A stretch of 64,000 bases of DNA, taken from assembly GCA_963666215.2 (NCBI GenBank), contig CAXWPL010000004.1, positions 224,001 to 288,000 of the forward strand, given 5' to 3'. A model generated the notes under the pieces. The model did not search any database. It had not been told where the DNA came from and worked only from the letters and a program-made list of their open reading frames with translations. Numbering within the stretch: position 1 is the stretch's first letter; every line of letters begins with the position of its first letter. Made by a program: the position numbers and the translations under genes. Origin of the DNA: Acidobacteriota bacterium. Its GTDB lineage: Bacteria > Acidobacteriota > UBA890 > WLXD01. This document shows, piece after piece, positions 12,106 through 20,926 of this stretch.

Positions 12106-12909
12106 CTACGACCGATGGAACGGGCAGCGCTCGATGGTTGTTTCGTTGTCGTCGGGAAGAAAGTACTGCCGCCACTCGCGGTTGTCGTCGGTACCAAAAT
12201 GCGCCAGGGCCGGATGCGGCGCCATGCCGTCGTAGGCCGTCAACTTCTCGCGGATGATGCGACGAGCGCGCCGGCCGTGAGGTGTATCGCCGGCAAGGAT
12301 GTCGAAGCCGTCGCGGGCCTGGATGAGCAGCAAGAACGAGCGCTGCATCCGGCGACTGCGACGGGCACGATGCGCGGGCGTCTTGAAGTTGACGAAGAAC
12401 GCGGTGCCGGCGAAACAGAACGACCAGTCGGGCGAGTCCGGATCTTCAGTGACCGTGGTCGGCCAGGCCTCCGGATCCAGCCTCCGCAAGCATGTGAGGA
12501 TTTCGAAGGAGAGTCGCTGATAGTCGTCGAGCGAGTCCACGCCGTCGGGCGGACGTATGAAAATCGCCAGGGGCGTCATCGACGCGATGACAGACGGCAT
12601 CGACGCGAGCCTCAGCGCGTAGGCTGCCAGTAGCGCCGCAACCGGCTCGGCGATGCGCTCGGCCGTTGTCGCGAGGCCCCGCTGCCTGAGCTGGTCGTGC
12701 TGCCGCAGATAGGAGAACAGCATCGAACCTTGCCGCAGCGCGACGGTGCCGAACGTACAGGGGAAGTGTTCGTCGGCAACCTTGGCACGCAGCTCCTCGT
12801 ACGCGGTCGCCTCCCATTGGGGTACGCGCCCGTCGGCGACGGCGCTGGCGAGCTCGCTCGTCGTGTAGATCGGTGAGGGCGCGAGATCCTGCTCGACGGT
12901 TGTGCTCAT
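12106..12909 (-). CDS. YqcI/YcgG family protein (heme-dependent guanidine N-oxygenase family)
   Basis: FPCTFG, DPDSPDWSFCFAG, PAHRARRSR, REWRQY, C-terminal CPF. Confidence 0.85.
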   Translation of the reverse strand: MSTTVEQDLAPSPIYTTSELASAVADGRVPQWEATAYEELRAKVADEHFPCTFGTVALRQGSMLFSYLRQHDQLRQRGLATTAERIAEPVAALLAAYALRLASMPSVIASMTPLAIFIRPPDGVDSLDDYQRLSFEILTCLRRLDPEAWPTTVTEDPDSPDWSFCFAGTAFFVNFKTPAHRARRSRRMQRSFLLLIQARDGFDILAGDTPHGRRARRIIREKLTAYDGMAPHPALAHFGTDDNREWRQYFLPDDNETTIERCPFHRS

Positions 12910-12965
12910 GTACGTACGCTAGCATGCTGCCCACAGTTCGCGACCATGACCCAGGGAGAGACACG

Positions 12966-14327
12966 ATGCGAATCGGTGTTCGTCGGATTGAGCCGGGCAA
13001 GAGCGGGTTCCGTACCAGAGGCGCTGCTCTCGTCGGCGCGGCGATCGCCGTTCTGTCGACGTCGCCGCTGGCGGCGAGCCCCCAACAATGGCGCCAAACA
13101 CAGGCCGACTCGTACACGCGCTACGAGCTGCAGGCACCCGGCTCCGGAGCCTTTCGCATTATTTACGACGTCAGCGCTACAACGGCCGGGGCAACTCGCT
13201 ACTTTAACGGCATCCGCGAGGGCGCCGAAGAGGAAGTCCACGGGGTCACCGATCTGGCGACCGGCGCGCCTCTCCCGTGGCGTGTCGTTAATGGCATGGA
13301 GGCGCGCGAAAGCGGCCTCGGCAACGCACGCGACGAGAGCCACTACATCGAAGTGCTTCTGGCGAGGCCGGTCGCCGAAGATGGCCAGGGCCGAGTTCGC
13401 ATCGACAAGACCTACGTCGACGCCGCCTCGTACTTTGTCGACGGTGAAGACGTCGTCTTTTCGCGCTCGCTCGGCATCAGGCGCAACTCGGTCGTGCTGC
13501 CTCCGGGCTACGAGCTGGTGCGCGCTAACTACCCGTCGCAGGTCGACGTCGAGGACGACGGTCGCCTTCGGGTGAGCTTCATGGGCCGTGGCCCTGGCGC
13601 CGTGGACTACGAGGTACGCGCGCGGCCGCTGGCTGCCGCCGCGGCAGACGCGCTCGCCAGCAACGCCGAACCGGCCCGCGACAGCGCGATGGCGGCCGAG
13701 CTGCGGAGAACGCGCGAGGCCGCCGGAGCCGACGGCGGACCCAGCACCGCGGCCGCCCGCGCCGAGTATCGGTTTAGCGAGCGCGCCTTTCAGGACCGCG
13801 ACATCACCTACTTCCTGCAGCAGCCCGAGAGCCATTCGTTCCGTCTGTACCACGACTACACCGAAACCCGGCCTGGCATGGACCGGTACCTGAACATCGT
13901 CCGTCCCGGCAGCCGTGCGTCGGACCCGTCGGCGAGCATTCTCGACACCGGCGAGCAGCTGGTGGTCGAAACGCTGCGCGGCCACGCGATCGCCGAGCGC
14001 GAGATCCTTCCGGCAGACCAGGTCGACGACAGCACCGAGGTGGTCGTGATCTGGTTCGACCCGATCCGCGACGGCGGTTCCGCGCGACTACGCATCTGGG
14101 AGACGTACACCGACCCGAACCGCTACGTGCTCGCCGGCGACGAGCTGGTTTGGGACCGTGGGTTCGGACGGCCGCGCAACGCCGTCGTGCTGCCCGAGGG
14201 CTGGTTTCTTACCTCGAGCTCGATACCCGCGGTCGTCGACGAAACCGACGACGGCCGTGTACGCCTTTACTTCGAGAACGATCGGCCGGGCAACATCCAG
14301 GTATTCCTGAAGGGTCGCCGACGCTGA
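12966..14327 (+). CDS. Secreted hypothetical protein with two tandem homologous domains
   Basis: Signal peptide; internal duplication (RNSVVLPPGYELV vs RNAVVLPEGWFLT; DDGRLRVSF vs DDGRVRLYF). Confidence 0.75.
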   Translation: MRIGVRRIEPGKSGFRTRGAALVGAAIAVLSTSPLAASPQQWRQTQADSYTRYELQAPGSGAFRIIYDVSATTAGATRYFNGIREGAEEEVHGVTDLATGAPLPWRVVNGMEARESGLGNARDESHYIEVLLARPVAEDGQGRVRIDKTYVDAASYFVDGEDVVFSRSLGIRRNSVVLPPGYELVRANYPSQVDVEDDGRLRVSFMGRGPGAVDYEVRARPLAAAAADALASNAEPARDSAMAAELRRTREAAGADGGPSTAAARAEYRFSERAFQDRDITYFLQQPESHSFRLYHDYTETRPGMDRYLNIVRPGSRASDPSASILDTGEQLVVETLRGHAIAEREILPADQVDDSTEVVVIWFDPIRDGGSARLRIWETYTDPNRYVLAGDELVWDRGFGRPRNAVVLPEGWFLTSSSIPAVVDETDDGRVRLYFENDRPGNIQVFLKGRRR

Positions 14328-14367
14328 GTGGGCGGCGACACCACGCAACAGCAGACCGAACATCACC

Positions 14368-14661
14368 ATGACCAACACGGAAGCAGCGATCCACGCGATG
14401 GTCGACCGCGAGACGCGTGCATGGAATGAGCGCGACGCCCCCGCGCTCGCCGACCTCTGTCATCCCGACATGGTCTGGCCGTGGCCTCCGAACGCTGGCT
14501 CGCACGACCCGGTGACCTGGTGTGCCGGGTTCGGCCGCTACGACCGCGCACGCTGGACCGCCGAGTGGCAAGAGCTCTTCGAGCGACCCCAGGGGCGGAG
14601 AGCTCCGGGCCTGGAGCGAGAGTCGCCAGGCCCACGCAGGCGTCATACGACGGTCTCGTAG
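14368..14661 (+). pseudogene. Truncated SnoaL/NTF2-like protein
   Basis: AIHAMVDRETRAWNERD...HPDMVWPWPP...WQELFE, then coding character is lost at about 14585. Confidence 0.6.
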
Positions 14662-14715
14662 TGTCGCACCCGGTGCCACGGCGTGGCGCCAAGGTCGCAC
14701 CAGCGTCGCGCTAGT

Positions 14716-15758
14716 TGTGAGTTCTAGGTAGGTTGTTCACGAACTCACCCCTGAGAGCCGAGCGATCGGCGGTGTCATGCCGATGCCGGCGTGGGGGCGG
14801 TGACGATTGTAGTGGTTGAGCCAGGGCCGTAGAGCTCGAGTACGTCGAGCTGAGGTCTGGTAGCAGGTGCCGTAGGCCCACTGCTCCTTGAGTGTGCGGA
14901 TGAAGCGTTCGGCTTTGCCGTTGGTTCTGGGGGTGTAGGGCCGGGTGTAAATGTGCCGGATCTCGAGTTGATGGCATAGGCGATTGAAGCGCTTCGAGAC
15001 GTAGCCAGGCCCGTTGTCTGTCATCACTCGGCGCACCGCTACTCCCATCGAAGCGAAGTGCTCGACGGCTCGCTGCAGGAACGCTGTGCAGGTGTGTTGG
15101 TCTTCGGCGGGCAGCACTTCGACGTACGCCACCCGAGAGTGATCGTCGATAGCGACGTGGGCGTTCTCCCAGCCGACGCCGTAGGCCCGCTTGGAGCGGT
15201 CGCCGTGGATGCGGTGTCCAGGTCGCCGGATACGGGCCAGTTTCTTCGTATCCAGGTGCAGTAGGTCACCGGGGTGCTCGTACTCGTAGCGAACGATCTC
15301 GGGCTTGGGCTCGAGCGCATCAAGCTTGGCGAGTCCGAGCCGCTTCAGCCACGCCGAGACGGTCGAGCGCGGCACAGCCAACCTTCGGCTGATCTGCCAG
15401 GCCGTCAGTCGCCGCCGACGTAGCTTGTCGATCTGCCTCACAACTCCAGCGCTTGTTGCGTGCGGACAGCACGTCGGCCGGCTTGATCGATCGAGCAGCC
15501 CGGCCTCACCTTCTCGCTCGTATCTATCCAGCCACTTGTAAACCGTTCGAGCCGACACGCCGAGCGCCGCCGCCGTTTCCGTCACGGGCTCCGCCCGCTC
15601 CCGGACTCGGCGGACCATCTCTCGGCGTATATACGGCATCGTGCGGGCGTTACCATGCAGCTGCATCGGGCGCTCCTTCTGAGGTCGTGGAGTCTTTTGA
15701 ACAACCCCATTGATCTCAGAAGTGAGCCCCGATGTGAACAACCTACTTAGAAAACACA
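14716..15758 (-). mobile_element. Complete IS481-family insertion sequence (1043 bp)
   Basis: 25-bp IRs TGTGAGTTCTAGGTAGGTTGTTCAC / GTGAACAACCTACTTAGAAAACACA (3 mismatches); 6-bp direct repeat GCTAGT at 14710-14715 and 15759-15764. Confidence 0.95.
14737..15666 (-). CDS. IS481 transposase (DDE, rve)
   Basis: MQLHGNART, HLDTKKL, IDDHSR, TDNG, PRTNGKAERF, YNRHRPH. Confidence 0.95.
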   Translation of the reverse strand: MQLHGNARTMPYIRREMVRRVRERAEPVTETAAALGVSARTVYKWLDRYEREGEAGLLDRSSRPTCCPHATSAGVVRQIDKLRRRRLTAWQISRRLAVPRSTVSAWLKRLGLAKLDALEPKPEIVRYEYEHPGDLLHLDTKKLARIRRPGHRIHGDRSKRAYGVGWENAHVAIDDHSRVAYVEVLPAEDQHTCTAFLQRAVEHFASMGVAVRRVMTDNGPGYVSKRFNRLCHQLEIRHIYTRPYTPRTNGKAERFIRTLKEQWAYGTCYQTSARRTRALRPWLNHYNRHRPHAGIGMTPPIARLSGVSS

Positions 15759-15759
15759 G

Positions 15760-16593
15760 CTAGTCGGGGGCGCCGTGATCCGAGTTTGAGTCCTGCCGGG
15801 CAAAGGGCATCCAGAGCAGCCGCGGCAAGCTGCGCCAGCTCGCGCTACGGAAAATCGGCAGCCCGAGGGCCATATCGAGGTGCCCCTTCTCGGGCTGGTC
15901 GCGGTAGGTGCGAAACAGCCGGTCCCAGCAGGAGAGATTGAACCCGAAGTTGCGGTTGTGCTCGACACCGTCCACCGAGTGGTGGATCCGATGCATGTCC
16001 GGCGTGACGATCGCCCAACGGAGAGTGCGATCGATACCGCCCGGAATGTGGACGTTCGAGTGGTTGAACATCGCCAACCCGTTGAGCATCACCTCGAACA
16101 CGAGAACCGCCAGCAGAGGAGGTCCGAGAACGGCGATCGCGGCCATCTTGATCGCCATCGAGGCGACGATCTCGAGCGGATGGAACCGGAGCCCGGTGGT
16201 GACGTCGACGTGTACGTCCGTGTGGTGCACCAGATGAAGACGCCAGAGCACGGGTACCGCGTGGAAAACCACATGCTGAACGTAAATGGCCAGGTCGAGC
16301 AGTACGATCGACGCGAGCAGCGCTACCCAGGCAGGTGCCTCCAGACGATGAAACAGGCCCCAGCCGGCTCGCTCAGCCGTCAAGGCCATCCCCATGGCAG
16401 CGGCGGGGAACACCAGACGCTGGGTCAGGCTGTCGAGAACCATGACGCCGAGGTTCGTGACCCAGCGGCTGCCGCGCTCAGCTGCCAGCTCTCGGCGCGC
16501 CGCCAGCAGCTCCCAGATCGCCATGAGGCCGAAGACTCCGAGAAAAACCCCGAGTCGCACGCCGCCCTGAATGCTCAGCAGCCATTCGTCCAT
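15760..16593 (-). CDS. Sterol desaturase/fatty acid hydroxylase family protein
   Basis: His boxes HVVFH, HLVHH, FNHSN, HRIHH; RNFGFNLSCWDRLF. Confidence 0.9.
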   Translation of the reverse strand: MDEWLLSIQGGVRLGVFLGVFGLMAIWELLAARRELAAERGSRWVTNLGVMVLDSLTQRLVFPAAAMGMALTAERAGWGLFHRLEAPAWVALLASIVLLDLAIYVQHVVFHAVPVLWRLHLVHHTDVHVDVTTGLRFHPLEIVASMAIKMAAIAVLGPPLLAVLVFEVMLNGLAMFNHSNVHIPGGIDRTLRWAIVTPDMHRIHHSVDGVEHNRNFGFNLSCWDRLFRTYRDQPEKGHLDMALGLPIFRSASWRSLPRLLWMPFARQDSNSDHGAPD

Positions 16594-16699
16594 CGCGTAA
16601 TCTCCGGCCGCGCGAGCCGCGTCATAGGAGCCCGGTTCGCGCCATCCATCGTTTTCGGCCGCGCCGGCGCGATAAACTCGCGGCTTCCGGAGCGAGCCC

Positions 16700-17767
16700 A
16701 TGCGGCGAACACGAATCAGTCTACTTCTGTGGGTCCTGCCGTGGACCGTCGCCGCCACCAGTGTGCCATTTGGCGGCGGTCAGACCGAACGAGCCGACGC
16801 GACGCGCCCGCCGCCGATTCTCGTGCGCGCGGCCTACGCTCCGGTGCTACAACGCGACTCGAGCTGGCAGCCGGAATTCCGTTGCGCCCTGGCGCGTGCC
16901 AGCAGGCTGCTCGAAGGAGTACTGGGCCGCGAGTTGCAGCTCATCGGCCGCGCGCCTTGGAAGTTCGGGGGGCTGAGCACCGACCTCTACGAGCTCCGCG
17001 CCGACATCGGCAAGACGGTCGATCCTGATGGGGCCGATCTGGTGATTGGCCTCGCCACCCAGCAACCGCGAGGCGCGACACCATCGGGGGCCGTCATCTA
17101 TCGAGAAAACGGCCTGGCAGGCTATTCATCTGGATCGGTGGTTCTCCGCGTCGGGCCCGGCGACCTGTGTGACGCACACCGGCTCATGGCCCACGAGATC
17201 GCCCACGTTTTCGGCGGCGTGCACCGAAATGGGGCTGGCAATCTGATGAACCGCGGCCAGCCCGGCGACATCATCGACCCGCTGAACGCCGAGCTGCTGG
17301 CGCTACATCGCGACCGCCGAGTGCGGCTCGATCCGCCGCCTTTGCAACGCGACGACCTGCGAATGTTATGGAGGCTCGCCAGCGCCTCGCTGGAGTCCGC
17401 GGAAACCTGGACCCGCGTTGGCTATCTCGCCACCAAGATGGAGATGCCGCACGACGCGATACGGTTCTATCAGCGGGCGCGCGATCTGGACCCGGAGTCA
17501 GGAACCGCGTGGATAACCCTCGGCCACGCGCTGTTGCGGCTGGAGCGCTTCGACGAGGCCGAGCGATCCTACCTGGAGGCGCTACGCCTCGGATCCGACG
17601 AAGGCATCGTGCAGAACAATTTGGCGGTGGTGTGCCTCAGCACGGGCCGTCCGGAGGAAGCCGCGGTGCGCGCGCGCCGGGCTCTCGAGCTCGGCTTCGA
17701 CGTGCCGCCGGGTCTCATCGGAGCCATCGAGCAGGCGACCGGAAGACGATTCGATCGCGGCACCTGA
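16700..17767 (+). CDS. Secreted zinc metalloprotease (metzincin-like) with C-terminal TPRs
   Basis: HEIAHVFGGVH followed by a Met-turn (NLM); TPRs AWITLGHALLRLERFDEA and NNLAVV. Confidence 0.75.
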   Translation: MRRTRISLLLWVLPWTVAATSVPFGGGQTERADATRPPPILVRAAYAPVLQRDSSWQPEFRCALARASRLLEGVLGRELQLIGRAPWKFGGLSTDLYELRADIGKTVDPDGADLVIGLATQQPRGATPSGAVIYRENGLAGYSSGSVVLRVGPGDLCDAHRLMAHEIAHVFGGVHRNGAGNLMNRGQPGDIIDPLNAELLALHRDRRVRLDPPPLQRDDLRMLWRLASASLESAETWTRVGYLATKMEMPHDAIRFYQRARDLDPESGTAWITLGHALLRLERFDEAERSYLEALRLGSDEGIVQNNLAVVCLSTGRPEEAAVRARRALELGFDVPPGLIGAIEQATGRRFDRGT

Positions 17768-17871
17768 GCTGCCGGGAGTCGCCCGCCATGTCCCGGGCGA
17801 GAGAACCGCGAAGCACCCCCCCCCCGGGGAAGCGCCGGCCAAGAACACCCAGGTCGAAGCGGAGAACGAGC

Positions 17872-18400
17872 TCAGTCTTGCCGCAAGGTCGTCGCCGGGT
17901 CGATCCGGGTTGCACGCGATGCTGGCACCAGGCTGGCGCCCGCGGTCGCAATCAACAGCAGCAAGGCCCCAATCAGCACTGGAATCGGCTGGACGGGAGC
18001 GATGCCCTGGACCTCAGAGCGAACCAGGGCGGTGAGCGGAACTGCAACAACAAGACCGACCGCCAGCCCGATCAGCGCCAGCCGCATCCCGTCGTGGAAC
18101 ACCCGCCGCACCACCTGTGCCGGTCGCGCTCCAACAGCGAGGCGTACCGCCACTTCTCGCGTGCGCTGCGAGACCAGGTACGAGACCACGCCGTAAAGGC
18201 CCAGCAGCGCCAACGCCAGCCCGAAGCCGCCGGCCTAGGCGAGGCCGACCGCGATAAAGCGGACAAACAGGAACTGGAAGTTCATCAGCTCATCGAGCGA
18301 ACGCGGTGTAACCAGGACAAAGTTCGGCTCGTTGGGCAGCACCGTGGTGCGCATGAGCTCCAAGATCGCACCGGTTCCGGCGCCCGGGCGGCCCTTCGAG
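17872..18400 (-). pseudogene. FtsX/ADOP ABC permease C-terminal remnant with in-frame TAG (18235-18237)
   Basis: ...[40 protein letters not shown]...PASRATRIDP; 5' part absent. Confidence 0.8.
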
Positions 18401-18410
18401 CAGCGCTCGT

Positions 18411-18923
18411 ATGCCAATCGCCAACGGGTTGTTCGCGTCGTTGGTGTACCGCGACGTCGCCGACCAACTCGAGGGCCGCTTGGGCACCGAGCTCATCCGC
18501 ATCCGGAACCTGTTCCAAGCGGTGGGCCCCGGATCGCTCATCCTTCTCGACGAGCTGTGCTCCGGCACCAATCCGTCGGAGGCCGCCGAGATCGTCGTGA
18601 CGGTTCTGCGACTGCTCGAGAAGCTCAACCCCATCGCTTTCGTAACCACACACTTCCTCGACCTGGCTCGCAAGCTCGAGAGCTCCCCGCCCGTTCAAAA
18701 CCTGGGCTCTCTGCAGGTTCAGATCAACGAGCAGCAGCGGTCGACCTATCAGTTCGTGCGCGGTGTTGCCGACACGTCCATGGCCGTCGGCACCGCACGT
18801 CGACTGGGTGTGGACTTCGAACAGCTCAGCCAGCTCATCGATACACGCGCGCGCCGCGGCGCAGACTCAATCGAGGAGCCCGTGAACGTCGAGGGTTCCG
18901 CTTCGAGCACTGGCGTCCAATAA
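18411..18923 (+). pseudogene. MutS-family ATPase domain V C-terminal remnant
   Basis: GRLGTEL, LILLDELCSGTNPSEA, FVTTHF; Walker A and the whole N-terminus are missing. Confidence 0.75.
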
Positions 18924-18941
18924 GGTCGCGAGGCCCCCTTC

Positions 18942-19454
18942 ATGGAAATCCGACTCGGCACCTGCACCGTGCGCTCGTGGCGACGCAGCGATGCCGATCT
19001 CATCGTTCCGCACGCCGATAACCGTCAGGTTTGACTGAACCTCCGTGATCGCTTCCCGCACCCGTATACACGCGCCGACGCCGAGGCGTTCATCGACCAC
19101 TCGCTGAGCGTCGAGCCGGAAACAAGCTTCGCGATCGAGGTCGACAACCGGCCTGTCGGCGGCATCGGGTTCATGCTGCAACCGGATGTCGAGCGCGTCG
19201 GAGCCGAGATCGGGTACTGGCTTGGTGAAACCTGCTGGGGCCGCGGCATCGTCAGCGAGGCGCTGGTTGCGGTAACCCACTACGCCATCAGCACGTACAG
19301 CCTCACACGAGTGTTTGCCCTACCGTTCGCCACCAACGCCGCTTCAGCACGCGTGCTGCAGAAGGCCGGCTACACGCTGGAGGGAGTGTTACGGCGCAGC
19401 GCCATCAAGGACGGCGTGGTGCTCGACCAGCTGATGTACGCCTACGTGCCATGA
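18942..19454 (+). pseudogene. RimJ/RimL GNAT acetyltransferase interrupted by TGA (19032-19034)
   Basis: MEIRL...NRQV*LNLRDRFPHPYT...AEIGYWLGE..WGRGI...NAASARVLQKAG; the stop falls at a normally Trp position. Confidence 0.8.
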
Positions 19455-19502
19455 GGTACGAGCGCGGGGCACAGCGGCGCGGAACTGCCGCCCACGACCC
19501 GC

Positions 19503-20315
19503 CTAGGCGTTGCCGTTCGGTTGGGCGCGAGAATGGATGGCGAACATGGCGCCCTGTGGATCCCGGCACTGCGCCACGCGATCGCCGCCGGGGATCTCCA
19601 TCGGTCCGTTGAGAACCTGGCCGCCGTTCTCCTTGACGAGCGCAGCCACGCGATCAACGTCGTCCACCATGGCGTAGTACAGCCAGTTCGGCGGCATCTC
19701 GGCGGGCATGTCGGGCGTCTTGTTGAACATCCCCCCGAGCGGCATTCCGTTGCGGCCGTACATCTGGTAGACGCCCATCTCCCCCATATCCATGGTGTCG
19801 GTCTTCTCCCAGTCGAACAGCTGCGTGTAGAAAGCGTACGCCGCCTCGTAGTCGGTGGTGGTGAGCTCGTGCCAGGAGAACACACCCGGCTTCGGTGGAC
19901 CGTCTTAGCCTGGAGCCGATCCCGACTCTGCGGCGGTGAAGGCAGCGAACACCGCCCCCTGCGGGTCGAGCAGGATGGCAAAGCGACCAACACCCGGAAT
20001 GTCCTGAGGCGGCATCATCACGACGCCGCCGAGCTCCACGGCTTGCTGCGCGGTGGCATCCACGTCGGGCGTGTAGATGTAGGCCAGCCAGTGCGGTGAT
20101 GATCCGGCTTCGACGGCCTCCGGCGGCAGCTGCATGACGCCGCCGATCAAGCAGTCGCCATTCGTCCACATCATGTAGGCCCGGTCGCCGCCGTCGCCTG
20201 ACCACGCTGTTGTGTCCCAGCCGACGACTTCCTTGTAGAAAGCGATCGAAGCCGCGGGGTCGGTGGACATCAGGTCATACCAAACGAACCGGCCGCGGGC
20301 CGCGGGGTCGGTCAT
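19503..20315 (-). pseudogene. Two-domain VOC/glyoxalase protein split by in-frame TAA (19905-19907)
   Basis: GRFVWYDLMS...DPQGAVF...SAPG*DGPPKPGVFSWHELTT...DPQGAMF; both halves are in the same frame. Confidence 0.8.
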
Positions 20316-20654
20316 CGTGTCACTCCGTGTAGATCGTTGAGCTGGCTGATTGCAACAATAACGGTGTCGAGGTCGTCGTGCGGCGGCAGCGCCCTGTGTG
20401 ACGATTTCTTCGCGGATCGGCGCCGGCTGAGTATGCCCGATCCGCATCGGAAACACCCTCCGGGACAACCGTCCAGACTGCGACGGAAGCGCCGCACCGC
20501 CGTGCTAAGCTCGTTCGATCTTCGTCCTTCTTTGTTTGTTGGGGAGACCGCGCCGCGCCGGCGGAGAGAGCTTGGCGAGAGTCCGAGAAGGCTCTCGGAT
20601 CCCCGAAACCTCGTACCACGAACCGCGACCCGCGTCGCATCAGGAGAGCATCGC

Positions 20655-20756
20655 ATGGGCAGAGGCGACCAGCGCACGAAGCGCGGCAAGATTTTCGCCG
20701 GCAGTCATGGCGTAACGCGCCCCAAGCCAAAGAACAAGAAGGCAAAGAAAGCCTAG
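20655..20756 (+). CDS. thx: 30S ribosomal protein bTHX (Thx)
   Basis: MGRGDQRTKRGKIFAGSHGVTRPKPKNKKAKKA matches the Thx pattern MGKGD.RT.RGKI..G..G..RP; RBS AGGAGA upstream. Confidence 0.9.
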   Translation: MGRGDQRTKRGKIFAGSHGVTRPKPKNKKAKKA

Positions 20757-20926
20757 GCGGGTCCACCGGCCCTGGTATCGGGCGTGTTGAGCAGCCCTGG
20801 ATGCAGATGCCGCACGCGCCGACCACCGCGAGTAGCTCCACCCCATCTCACCGCCGCCTGGCGGCTCGGCTGCCGTAACTTTTCCCGCGGCCGACACGCC
20901 GCGACACCTCTTCCGCGGAGTACCCC

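Noticed and set aside
17816-17825. C10 homopolymer as a phase-variation switch
   Set aside because: It lies between convergent gene ends, not in a CDS or promoter.
19032-19034. Selenocysteine in the GNAT gene
   Set aside because: The TGA falls at a position that is normally Trp, not Cys, and is not in a redox motif; a nonsense mutation is more likely.
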